From positions 1 to 20,545 of the forward strand of contig JAZRWA010000001.1 in the NCBI GenBank assembly GCA_045599485.1: DNA of 20,545 nt, in the 5' to 3' direction. The notes under the pieces are model-generated. The model ran no database searches and was not told the origin of the DNA. It worked only from the letters and a program-made list of their open reading frames with translations. The translations under genes and the position numbers were made by a program. This document shows, one piece after another, positions 1 through 9,046 of this stretch (position 1 is its first letter; each line of letters opens with the position of its first letter). This DNA is from Clostridia bacterium (lineage in GTDB: Bacteria > Bacillota > Clostridia > Christensenellales > Aristaeellaceae).

Positions 1-1128
1 GTGAAGTGCGGTGTGACCGGCAGCCATGTGCGTGTGCTTGTCCACGGCGATGAAGAAGTATCGCAGGATGTACACGATCATCCGCACAGTCACGCCCACG
101 ATCATCACCACCATGACCACGATCATCACCACGACGACCACGGCTCTTCGCCGGAACATCCGCACAGTCATGCCCATGCTTCCCTACAGGATGTCACAAA
201 CATCATCAATTTCCTTCCCGTTTCCGATCAAGTCAAGGCAGATGCCCACGCTGTTTATCAGATCATCGCCGAGTCGGAAAGCCGTGTCCACGGCCATCCC
301 ATCAGCGATATTCACTTTCACGAGGTCGGCACCTTGGATGCAGTGGCCGATGTAGTCGGTGTCTGCCTGCTGATGAAACAGATCGGAGCCGATCAGGTCA
401 TTGCCTCCCCCGTGCATGTCGGCAGCGGCTTTGTTCGCTGTGCACATGGCATTCTGCCTGTTCCCGCGCCGGCAACCGCCCTGATTCTGATGGATGTGCC
501 TACCTACGGCGGTCAGGTGAAGGGCGAGCTGTGCACCCCCACCGGCGCTGCGCTGCTCAAATACTTTGTTTCTTCCTTTGGGGAGCGTCCTGTGATGAAA
601 ACCACAGCCATCGGCTATGGCATGGGCAGCAAGGATTTCGAAAGGCTCAACTGCATCCGTGCATTCCTTGGTGAAACTGAAGGCAAACGGGAAGAGATCG
701 TACGCCTTGAATGCAACCTGGACGATATGACAGGAGAAGCCCTGGGCTTTGCCATGGAAGTCCTTTTTGCCAACGGCGCCAGGGATGTATACACCGCCCC
801 GATCGGCATGAAAAAAAGCCGTCCCGGAGTGATGCTGAGCGTCATCTGCCTGCCCGATGACGCCGACCGCTTGGCTGCCCTGATGCTGAAGCACACGACC
901 ACGCTTGGCGTGCGCCGTCAGGATTGCAGCCGTTATGTGCTGGAGCGTACCGTGGAAACGGTTGAAACCGTTTACGGTCCCCTCCGTATCAAGCGTGCAA
1001 ACGGTCAGGGCATTACCAAAGCCAAACCCGAATATGATGATGCCGCCGCCGCGGCACTTCAGCATCACGTGAGCCTCCATCAGGTGATGGCTGCCGCGAT
1101 GGACGTCGCCTCCAAACCCTCTCTCTGA
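1..1128 (+). CDS. larC: Nickel-pincer cofactor biosynthesis / nickel insertion protein LarC (DUF111 family), 5'-truncated by the window edge
   Basis: The frame is open from base 1. It has a His/Asp-rich tract (HDHPHSHAHDHHHHDHDHHHDDH...HPHSHAHA) followed by FHEVGTLDAVADVVG and GELCTPTGAALL motifs typical of LarC. Stop is TGA at 1126-1128. Confidence 0.85.
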   Translation: MKCGVTGSHVRVLVHGDEEVSQDVHDHPHSHAHDHHHHDHDHHHDDHGSSPEHPHSHAHASLQDVTNIINFLPVSDQVKADAHAVYQIIAESESRVHGHPISDIHFHEVGTLDAVADVVGVCLLMKQIGADQVIASPVHVGSGFVRCAHGILPVPAPATALILMDVPTYGGQVKGELCTPTGAALLKYFVSSFGERPVMKTTAIGYGMGSKDFERLNCIRAFLGETEGKREEIVRLECNLDDMTGEALGFAMEVLFANGARDVYTAPIGMKKSRPGVMLSVICLPDDADRLAALMLKHTTTLGVRRQDCSRYVLERTVETVETVYGPLRIKRANGQGITKAKPEYDDAAAAALQHHVSLHQVMAAAMDVASKPSL

Positions 1129-1146
1129 TTTTTTCAACAAACAAAA

Positions 1147-1189
1147 GCGAGAGCTCCCGCCGTTTCAGCGGAATGCTTTCGCCTTTTTT
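1147..1189 (+). terminator. Rho-independent terminator between the convergent larC and aminotransferase genes
   Basis: GCGAGAGC (1147-1154) pairs with GCTTTCGC (1175-1182, one G-U pair). An inner CCGC/GCGG stem (1157-1160 / 1168-1171) sits inside, and CTTTTTT follows. Confidence 0.5.
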
Positions 1190-1213
1190 GTATCATTCTA
1201 TTTGGCTGTCAGG

Positions 1214-2380
1214 TCATAGGATGGCACGAAGCACATCACAGCATTCCGTCACATCCGCCTCAGTCAGCACCAGGGGTGTGCGCATCACGATGCGGTTACC
1301 CGCTTTGCCAAGCAGGATACGGTGAGTCTTTGCCCCCCGGCAAATACTGTCCGCCATCCCTTCGGGCAGCTCCAGACTAAAAAACAACCCCTTGCCGTGA
1401 ATTTTGCCCGGGATGTCTTTCTGCTTCAAAATACTCATTAGCTGCCCGGCAAAAATAGCACCCGTATTTCTGACATGCTCCAGGATTTTTTCATCGCGAA
1501 TGATGTCAAATACCAGATTGACGATACTGCACATCAGGTTGTTATCCGCGCTTCCGCCGGACAAATGCCCTGCCTTCACGCAGGAAGCCACTTCTTTCGT
1601 CATCAACAGAGCGCCCAGTCCAAAGCCGTTGGACATACCCTTGCCCGCCAGCAGCATATCGGGAACGATGCCGCACTCCTCATAGGCAAAGAAGGAACCC
1701 GTTTTGCCAAAGCCCGTCTGAATCTCGTCCAGAATCAGCACGATTCCATTCTATTGGGTATATGCCCTCAGCCACTGCCAATATTCACGACTCGGCGTAT
1801 CCATGCCGCTGAGTGCCTGATACGGTTCTATGATCACCGCCGCGATCTTATGTCCATCCCCTGCGGCCGGCTCAAATGCGCGCCCATCGGCGGGATCATC
1901 CCAGAACCGTACATGCTGCAGACCGGAACCGAACCCGTCCTTCCGGTGAGGTGTATCGCTGATGAAGGCGCCTGCAAAGCTGCGTCCATGCAGCGCGTTA
2001 CGGAAACTGACGATTTCCTCCCTACCGGTATACCTGCGGGCAATTTTGATTGCCCAGTCCACCGTTTCGCCGCCGCTACCGGCGATCATGATCTTGTCAA
2101 AATCGTGATGGGTGACCTCCATAAAATTGCGGATCAGTTTTTCCTTGGCTTCACTGAACATTCCCGCATGACAGAGCAGCTGTGTCTGCATCAATTCCGC
2201 TGTACCGGCGGTAAAGCGGGGATGCCGATACCCCAGAATACAGGAAATATCATTCAGGCACAGATACTCCTCCCCTTTTTCATCCACAAACCGCGCGCCG
2301 TGTGCGTCGGTAAACACAGGCTGATCGCCCATTTCGGTATACGTGGCAAGGTGCTGTTGGATATTCTCAAATCGCTCCAT
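1214..2380 (-). CDS. Class-III PLP-dependent aminotransferase (acetylornithine/GABA aminotransferase-like), read through one in-frame TAG
   Basis: ORFs 1751-2440 and 1214-1741 share one frame and are separated only by TAG (1751-1753). The joined protein reads ...WLRAYTQ[TAG]NGIVLILDEIQTGFGKTG..., which is the conserved DE(I/V)QTGFGRTG block. SGGETVDWAIKIAR, ALHGRS and the PLP-lysine region LLAGKGMSNGFGLG are also present. AGGAG lies 9 nt before the ATG at 2378-2380. Stop is TGA at 1214-1216. Confidence 0.8.
1751..1753 (-). other. In-frame TAG codon (putative sense codon) in the aminotransferase
   Basis: cta on the + strand is TAG on the coding strand, with context acc caa TAG aat gga. The same frame continues on both sides. 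Confidence 0.85.
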
Positions 2381-3278
2381 CGGTTTTTTCTCCTTCGTCC
2401 GCCTTCTTCTGCCAAAGCATGCGGTTGTCCTTAAATTCAAAGGTCACCTTGCCCGTTTCATACAACCAGGACAGATAGGACCTGACCGTGCTGCCGATCA
2501 GCACATACTGCTGTGCGGACATCGTCAGTGTATACCGGTCAAACAGCGCCTTCAAAAGCTCTTCAAAGGAAATCGGCGTTTTGCAAAGGCCGGCGATGCA
2601 TTCTTTTACCTGTTCGATGGCTGCAATGTTGATATCGGCCAATGCATCCATGCTGTCCGTCACCGCCGCGTGGGAAGGAACAAAGACGTTTCCATTGACG
2701 GTCTTCAGCATCTCAAGGCTTTCCAACGCTTTTCCGGGATGCCACATATAGCCGATCCCGTATTTGTTCAGCGTCTCTTCGGAAGAAACACTGTCGGCTG
2801 CATAGACCGTACCTTCCGCCGTTTTGAAACCGACCATGTCGAAGCTGTGACCGGGCAGGCGGATGATCTCCCATCCCTCCGGCAGCACGGCTGCAGTCAG
2901 CGGAGCCGCGTCACTCGGCTGTGCCATCAGAAATTTGTTCTGCAGTTCCCTGAACGGAAACCCGCCATAAAGGCCCATCGATTCCAGCTCAGGCTTGACC
3001 GTATACACGCACTCCATCCCCGGTGCAAACACCCGGCAGCCCGTTTTTTCCTGCAAAAAGTGATTGCCGCCGATATGATCGGCATGGGAATGCGTATTGT
3101 AAAGGGCCTTCAGCTGCCATCCGTTCGCGTTCAGGATCTTGAGGACTTTCTTCCCCGCATCCTTGTCATTGCCGCTGTCAATCAAGGCGACTTCGTTTTC
3201 GCCGATCCTCACAAGACCGATCTTTGCCGGGCAATCAATATAATAATCATGCTCCGAAACCTGAATCAGCTCGTACAT
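2367..3278 (-). CDS. MBL-fold metallo-hydrolase
   Basis: It carries the HxHxDH motif (THSHADHIGG) and the later LPGHS. The start is placed at MYELIQ with an upstream purine-rich RBS. TGA stop is at 2367-2369, and the gene overlaps the downstream aminotransferase start by 14 nt. Confidence 0.85.
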   Translation of the reverse strand: MYELIQVSEHDYYIDCPAKIGLVRIGENEVALIDSGNDKDAGKKVLKILNANGWQLKALYNTHSHADHIGGNHFLQEKTGCRVFAPGMECVYTVKPELESMGLYGGFPFRELQNKFLMAQPSDAAPLTAAVLPEGWEIIRLPGHSFDMVGFKTAEGTVYAADSVSSEETLNKYGIGYMWHPGKALESLEMLKTVNGNVFVPSHAAVTDSMDALADINIAAIEQVKECIAGLCKTPISFEELLKALFDRYTLTMSAQQYVLIGSTVRSYLSWLYETGKVTFEFKDNRMLWQKKADEGEKTDGAI

Positions 3279-3436
3279 TGTTTCTTTCCGCCTTTCTTCT
3301 TTTACGCACTTCAACCGTCTGCCGTGCAAAACAAATATTTTTCTCAAGCTTCTATATTATATATGATTTCATCTCATTAAAAAACCTTTATTATTCTATT
3401 ATCCATGCACTCTTTTTTCGCCTCATGGTCATTCGC

Positions 3437-3465
3437 TTGCATATTTTGCAAGAAATATGTAAAAT
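3437..3465 (+). promoter_or_regulatory. Candidate sigma-A promoter for the RmlD-like/GNAT/UvrA-like operon
   Basis: TTGCAT (3437-3442), a 17-nt spacer, then TAAAAT (3460-3465), about 45 nt upstream of the ATG at 3512. The inverted repeat CTTGCA-N5-TGCAAG (3436-3452) overlaps the -35. Confidence 0.35.
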
Positions 3466-3511
3466 AGCGATATAGAATGCCAAATGATTCTTAACGTGAA
3501 GGAGCAGCATT

Positions 3512-4291
3512 ATGAGAATACTGGTCACCGGCCCGGATGGATTTGTTGGAAAACATGTGATGAAAGCGATCCCGGAAGCGATCGCAGTGCCAAAGCTTCG
3601 CGGCGGCAAAGAAGAAGTCGCCGAGCGTGTAAAAGATGCCGATGTGATCATTCACACCGCCGCTATTGCAAGGATGGCGTTGTGTGAGGCGGATCCCGAG
3701 GCGGCTTATAAAGCCAATGTTCTCCTTCCGATGTGGATCGCCGAGGCAGCGCCGAAAGCGAAACTGTTTATGCTATCTTCCGATCAGGTTTACAACAACA
3801 GTAAAGAAAACGGCCCCTTCCGTGAAGAAATGGCCTGCCCCGGCAATGTCTATTCCAGATTAAAGTTGGAGATGTAGCAAAAGGTTCTGGCGATTTCTCC
3901 TTCAGCGGTAATGCTTCGCGCAACATGGATGTTTGATCGGGAATGGGGATATTTGGCCAATATGCAGTCCTCGCAAGGTGATATCGTTGTCCCCGATCAG
4001 TACCGTGCGGTGACGTATATCCGCGAAGTAGCAGAAAACATTGCAAAAATGGTGCAGATGGAAAAAGAAGGGCATGGCGTTCGCGGCGGTGTATACAACT
4101 TTGGCAGTGAGACTGATCTTCCTATGATGTCCTTGATGCAGGAGACCGCAAAACTGATGGGGCTCCGCAAAAAGCTGGTGCCGGGCGAACGAGCGCATGA
4201 CCTGTGGATGGATTGCAGCGCATTGCGTGCACAGGGCATCTCCTTCAGTAACAGTCTGGATGGGATCAAACGTTGTTTACAGGAAGAATGA
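3512..4291 (+). CDS. RmlD-like NAD(P)-dependent sugar-nucleotide reductase/epimerase (extended SDR), read through one in-frame TAG
   Basis: ORFs 3512-3877 and 3911-4291 share one frame and are joined by TAG at 3875-3877. It has an N-terminal Rossmann motif (ILVTGPDGFVG), and the catalytic YxxxK block reads NVYSRLKLEM[TAG]QKVL...MLRATWMF (compare RmlD YGxTKxxGE...RTSWVY). GAAGGAG RBS precedes the start. Stop is TGA at 4289-4291. Confidence 0.8.
3875..3877 (+). other. In-frame TAG codon (putative sense codon) in the RmlD-like gene
   Basis: Context is gag atg TAG caa aag. It falls at the position of the conserved Glu four residues after the catalytic Lys of the YxxxK motif. Confidence 0.85.
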
Positions 4292-4428
4292 TCGAAGAAA
4301 AAATACTTATCCAAACCACACTCCTCTTTGAGATGTTATTTGGATGATATTGCGACAACGAATAAAAACAATCTGTAATTTCGCAGTGTTATGATGGACA
4401 TGGCATCCCCACTTTTAGAGCAAACACC

Positions 4429-4869
4429 ATGAATATACAAATCAGGAAAATGATCCCGGATGATTACCCTTCTTTGCACAGACTGCTGTCCGATTCCCGG
4501 GTGATGAAGTATCTTGAAGCACCGTTTTCAAAAGAGCAAACAAAACGGTTTTTGGCAGAAGCCGGGCTTGGCGATCCACCGCTTATCTATTCCATTGAAG
4601 CAGAAAAACAATTTATCGGCTATGTCATTTATCATGCTTATGATGATGATTCTGTGGAGATCGGTTGGGTCATCCTTCCGGAATATTGGGGAAAAGGATA
4701 TGCGTCCGAAGCGACCTGCATGATGATTAAGCGCGCCAAAAGAGACGGGAAGCACGTTATCATTGAGTGTGACCCCCGACAGGCAGTCAGCAAACATATC
4801 GCGCAGAAGTATGGTTTTGCATATATGGGCAACGTTGCGGGATTGGATATTTTTCGTTTGGATGAATGA
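4429..4869 (+). CDS. GNAT family N-acetyltransferase
   Basis: 146 aa, with a typical GNAT core (IGWVILPEYWGKGYASEA, acetyl-CoA-binding-like segment). The upstream in-frame stop is TAA at 4363 with no earlier start codon. The RBS is weak. Stop is TGA. Confidence 0.8.
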   Translation: MNIQIRKMIPDDYPSLHRLLSDSRVMKYLEAPFSKEQTKRFLAEAGLGDPPLIYSIEAEKQFIGYVIYHAYDDDSVEIGWVILPEYWGKGYASEATCMMIKRAKRDGKHVIIECDPRQAVSKHIAQKYGFAYMGNVAGLDIFRLDE

Positions 4870-4882
4870 TGGAGCCACTTTG

Positions 4883-7399
4883 ATGAATAATGACATTCAA
4901 AACCCGCCGGAGAAAATCAAAATCCGGGGCGGGCGGGTGCACAATCTGAAAAATATTGATGTGGATATCCCGCTGCACAAGATCGTAGGCATCGCCGGCG
5001 TGTCCGGTTCCGGAAAATCCTCTTTAGCGCTTGGTATTCTGTACGCAGAGGGCTCCAGGCGCTATCTGGAATCCCTGTCAACCTACACGCGCAGAAGGAT
5101 GACGCAGGCCGAAAAAGCCCAGGTGGATGAAGTTCTCTATGTTCCCGCCGCACTGGCGCTTCGTCAGCGTCCCGGGGTTCCCGGTATTCGCAGCACATTC
5201 GGTACAGGCACAGAGCTGCTGAACAGCCTTCGTCTGATGTTCTCCCGCCTTGCTTCTCATCGCTGCCCGAATGGACATTATGCACCGCCCTCTTTGAATG
5301 TTGCTGCCGGGCTGGACCTTGTCTGCCCGTTGTGCGGCATACATTTCTTTGCCCCCGGCGCGGAAGAACTGGCCTTTAACAGTCAGGGCGCCTGCAAACG
5401 CTGCGACGGCACCGGCGTGGTACGCACCGTAGATGAAACAACCCTTGTTCCGGATGATTCCCTCACGATCGATGAGGGCGCAGTGGCCCCATGGCAGACG
5501 CTGATGTGGTCGCTGATGAAGGATATTGCCCGCGAAATGGGGGTGCGTACGGATGTCCCCTTCCGTGAGCTGACCGAAGAAGAAAAAGCCATCGTATTCC
5601 ATGGCCCCGCGGTCAAGAAAAAGATCATCTACCAGAACAAAACCAGCGGCGCCGCGGGCGATATGGATTTTACCTATTTCAATGCCACCTATACCGTGGA
5701 AAATGCCCTGTCAAAGGTCAAAGACGAGAACGGTATGAAGCGGGTGGAAAAATTTTTGCGTCAGGATGTGTGTCCTGATTGCGGCGGCACAAGGCTGAGT
5801 GACGCTGCCCGAGCACCGAAGCTTCGGGGAATCTCCTTGGCGGATGCCTGCACCATGACGCTCTCCGATCTGGTGCAGTGGGTGGACGGCATTCCCGCTT
5901 CACTTCCCGAAGAGATGCGCCCGATGGCATTCAGCATATGCGAATCGTTCATGAACGCTTCAAAACGGCTGACCGATCTGGGGTTATCCTATCTGACGCT
6001 GGATCGTGCCGCTTCCACGCTTTCCACCGGTGAAAGACAGCGGATGCAGCTGGCCCGCGCCGTGCGCAACCGTACGACCGGCGTTCTTTATGTTCTGGAT
6101 GAACCGTCCATCGGTCTGCATCCTTCCAACCTGGAAGGACTTACAGGCGTGATGCATGATCTGCTCAATGACGGCAATACCGTTATTCTGGTCGACCACG
6201 ACACCAACGTGCTGAAGGAAGCGGACTGGCTCATTGAAATGGGACCGGATGCCGGTGCGGGCGGCGGAACGATCATCGCCCAAGGGACGCTTGAGCAAGT
6301 GGAAAAAGATCCGAATTCCCGGATCGGCGGTTTTCTGAGCGGTGAAACGACGATCAACATACGAAACCCTGTTTCCGCGGAAAAGATGTTCGAACTGGGG
6401 ACGATCCACCTTTCGACCGCTCCGATTCATACGGTCAAGCCGCTGGAGGCAGACTTTCCCAAAGGCAGATTGATCGTCATCACAGGTGTTTCCGGTTCCG
6501 GCAAAACAACTTTGATACTCGAAAGCCTGATTCCCGCGCTGAAAGCTTCCATCGAAGGCAGCAAACTGCCCGGTCACGTGAAGAGCATCTCCGCTGAGGG
6601 GATTTCTCAGGTCAAGCTGATCGACGCCACCCCTATCGGCATCAATGTGCGTTCCACAGTGGCAACCTATGCCGATGTTCACGATGAACTCCGCAAGGTG
6701 TTCGCGCGCACCCCGGACGCAAGGGAACGCGGCTATAAGGCCGGAGATTTTTCCTATAATACCGGTTCACTGCGCTGTCCCACCTGTGACGGCACCGGCA
6801 GCATCAGTCTGGACGTGCAGTTTCTCCCGGATGTGGATATTCCCTGCCCCAATTGCCGCGGCTCCCGATACAGCAAGGATGCCGGGCTCGTGCGCCGTAT
6901 TCCGAAAAAGGGCGGACAGGCAAACACGCTGCCCGAGCTGATGGATATGAGCGTGACCGAAGCCCTGGCCGCTTGTGCCGATCTGCCGCTGGTATCCCGC
7001 CGTTTGCAGGTGCTGCAGGACCTGGGGCTGGGCTACCTGACGCTGGGTGAAGAAACGCCAAGTCTTTCCGGCGGCGAAGCACAGCGCCTCAAGCTGGCCA
7101 GTGAGATGGGCAAAGGACAGTCTGACTCGGTATTTGTCTTTGATGAACCCACCATCGGTCTGCATCCCCTGGATGTGAAAACGCTGCTGGGTGTATTCAG
7201 CCGACTGATTGAAAACGGTGCAACCGTCATCGTCATCGAGCATGATCTGGATGTCATCAAAAATGCGGACTATATCATCGATATGGGGCCCGGCGGCGGT
7301 GTCCTCGGCGGACAGATCATTGCCCAGGGAACACCTGCGGATGTTTGCAAAAATCCGTAGAGCCTGACCGGAAAATATCTGAAGGATCAAAAAGTATAA
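4883..7399 (+). CDS. UvrA-like ABC ATPase (excinuclease A paralog lacking the UvrB-binding domain), read through TAG near the C-terminus
   Basis: It has two ABC modules: Walker A GVSGSGKSS twice, signatures LSTGERQR and LSGGEAQR, and Walker B LYVLDEPS and VFVFDEPT. CxxC zinc modules are present. GGAG lies 8 nt before the ATG at 4883. The standard-code ORF ends at TAG 7358-7360, but the conserved UvrA tail SLTGKYLK follows in frame to TAA at 7397-7399. Confidence 0.85.
7358..7360 (+). other. In-frame TAG codon (putative sense codon) near the UvrA-like C-terminus
   Basis: Context is aat ccg TAG agc ctg. Twelve further codons (SLTGKYLKDQKV) then lead to TAA. Confidence 0.75.
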
Positions 7400-7476
7400 T
7401 TTTGATGCGGTTGAAATACAGGCAAGCCAAGAACCGTTGTTTGCGCGGCAAAGGAAGAAGTGTACCAATTTGAAAT

Positions 7477-7506
7477 GGAGCGGGACAAGCATCCCGCTCC
7501 TTTCTT
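7477..7506 (+). terminator. Rho-independent terminator downstream of the UvrA-like gene
   Basis: GGAGCGGGA (7477-7485), loop CAAGCA, then TCCCGCTCC (7492-7500), followed by TTTCTT. Confidence 0.6.
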
Positions 7507-7708
7507 GCATAATCTGTCTCATATTCCTGAATAAATCCCTTCGCTTTCAAGGAAAACGATGGATTGCCCTTACCTTGCAATGCTTCCTTCGGTAACGAAA
7601 TTCAATAACAATCGCCTTTCGAGCGTTCCGTATTGCAGATTCTGTTCAATTACGGTCTTAGGCGTCCTTGCATAAGCATATGCTAATGATTGCAGTTAGA
7701 TTATCTAT

Positions 7709-7736
7709 TTGACTTATCGCAATTCTGAAATATAAT
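7709..7736 (+). promoter_or_regulatory. Candidate sigma-A promoter of the ABC transporter operon
   Basis: TTGACT (7709-7714), a 16-nt spacer, then TATAAT (7731-7736). GAGGAGG RBS precedes the ATG at 7785. Confidence 0.5.
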
Positions 7737-7784
7737 GAAAACAAAAGTGGAACGATCCACATCATTTTTGAGGAGGAACCTGAT

Positions 7785-9032
7785 ATGAAAAGAATCATGT
7801 GTCTTTTGCTGGCGATCCTGATGATGGCAACACTCGCGGTCGCTTCTGCGGATGAAGAAGTGAAAATCACCTTCTACACCGAGAACGCGACGAATGGTGC
7901 CAACGAAGCTCGTCTTGCCGCCTTTAACGCCCTGTACCCCAACATCAAGGTTGAGCTGGTGGAAATGCCCGCCGGTTCTACGGATCGTATGCAGATGCTG
8001 AGCACTGTCCTGCAGGCGAAGGATGCCAGCCTGGATGTGTTCATTGTCGACTGCACCTGGCCTGAGACTTTTGTGGCTGCCGAATGGCTTGCCAATCTCG
8101 ATGGCATGCTCACCGAAGAAGAGCTCTCCGTGTTCTCCACCGGCGCCCTCGAGGGCTGCATGATCGATGGCAGCCTGTACTGCCTGCCGCTGTTCGTCAA
8201 CACCGGTGCGATGCTGTATCGTGCCGATCTGCTTGAAAAGTATGGCTTTGAACCCGCGAAGACCTGGGATGAGCTGATTGCGCAGTCCAAGGTCGTCATG
8301 GCGGGCGAAGAGAACGTGTATGGTTATGCCGCTGCCTGGATGCAGGCGGAAGCTCTGACCTGCTGCGCGATGGAGCATATCTGGAACGCCGGCGGTGAGG
8401 TTATGGAAAACGGCAACCCCTCCTTCAACAATGATCAGGTGATTGCCGGCATCTCCGAGATGAAGAAGATGATTGATTCCGGCGTCTGCATCGACGGTAT
8501 CCTCGGCATGGCTGCGAAGGATGTCCGTGCGGCTTTCTTTGCGGGCCAGGTCCTGTATGCCCGTGACTGGTCCGTTCAGATCGGCAATGCAAACAATCCT
8601 GCGACCTCTTCCGTGGCCGGCAATGTCAAGCTTGCGCCTCTGCCGACCTCCGGTGAGGAATATCCCAGCTACAACTGCAACGGCGGTTGGAACATCGGCA
8701 TCTCCTCCTTCTCCGCTCACAAGGAAGAAGCGCTTGCCCTGGTCAAGTTCTGGACCGGCAGCGAATCCCAGCTCTACAATGCTGTAATGAACAGCAAGAT
8801 GCCCTCCCTGCCCGAGCTGTATGCCAATGCCGAACTCGTCGAAGCTCAGCCCGATATGGCCACCATGCTTGACTTCGCCGCCAACTGCAAGAACAGGCCG
8901 AATTCCGCTTACTATGAAGAGGTCTCCGCCGCCATGCAGCAGGCTGTGATGGATGTTCTCATGGGCACCAAGGATGTTGTGACGGCCGTCAACGACATGC
9001 AGGCTGTCGAGGAAGACATCTACACCTGGTAA
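7785..9032 (+). CDS. ABC transporter extracellular solute-binding protein (family 1, carbohydrate/CUT1 type)
   Basis: It has an N-terminal signal peptide (MKRIMCLLLAILMMATLAVASA), a size of about 415 aa and composition typical of sugar-binding proteins. Two MalF/MalG-type permeases follow. Stop is TAA. Confidence 0.9.
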   Translation: MKRIMCLLLAILMMATLAVASADEEVKITFYTENATNGANEARLAAFNALYPNIKVELVEMPAGSTDRMQMLSTVLQAKDASLDVFIVDCTWPETFVAAEWLANLDGMLTEEELSVFSTGALEGCMIDGSLYCLPLFVNTGAMLYRADLLEKYGFEPAKTWDELIAQSKVVMAGEENVYGYAAAWMQAEALTCCAMEHIWNAGGEVMENGNPSFNNDQVIAGISEMKKMIDSGVCIDGILGMAAKDVRAAFFAGQVLYARDWSVQIGNANNPATSSVAGNVKLAPLPTSGEEYPSYNCNGGWNIGISSFSAHKEEALALVKFWTGSESQLYNAVMNSKMPSLPELYANAELVEAQPDMATMLDFAANCKNRPNSAYYEEVSAAMQQAVMDVLMGTKDVVTAVNDMQAVEEDIYTW

Positions 9033-9046
9033 TCGCAGACAATCAT

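Noticed and set aside
61-180. His/Asp-rich repetitive tract (HDHPHSHAHDHHHHDHDHHHDDH...HPHSHAHA) as a possible repeat element or artefact
   Set aside because: A histidine-rich metal-binding region is a known feature of LarC nickel-insertion proteins. It is in frame and part of the CDS.
4862-4885. Alternative earlier start (ATG 4862) for the UvrA-like gene, overlapping the GNAT stop
   Set aside because: ATG 4883 is preceded by GGAG at an 8-nt spacing, and it gives the usual short N-terminus before the first Walker A. ATG 4862 lacks an RBS. This remains uncertain without N-terminal data.
7400-7784. The 385-nt intergenic region upstream of the ABC operon as a possible riboswitch, sRNA or tRNA (in particular a suppressor tRNA)
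   Set aside because: Apart from the terminator hairpin (7477-7506) and a promoter-like element (7709-7736), I see no tRNA-like T-loop (GTTCRANYC) or cloverleaf and no recognisable riboswitch core. The short repeats (ATTGCAG twice, GCATATGC) are too weak to call.
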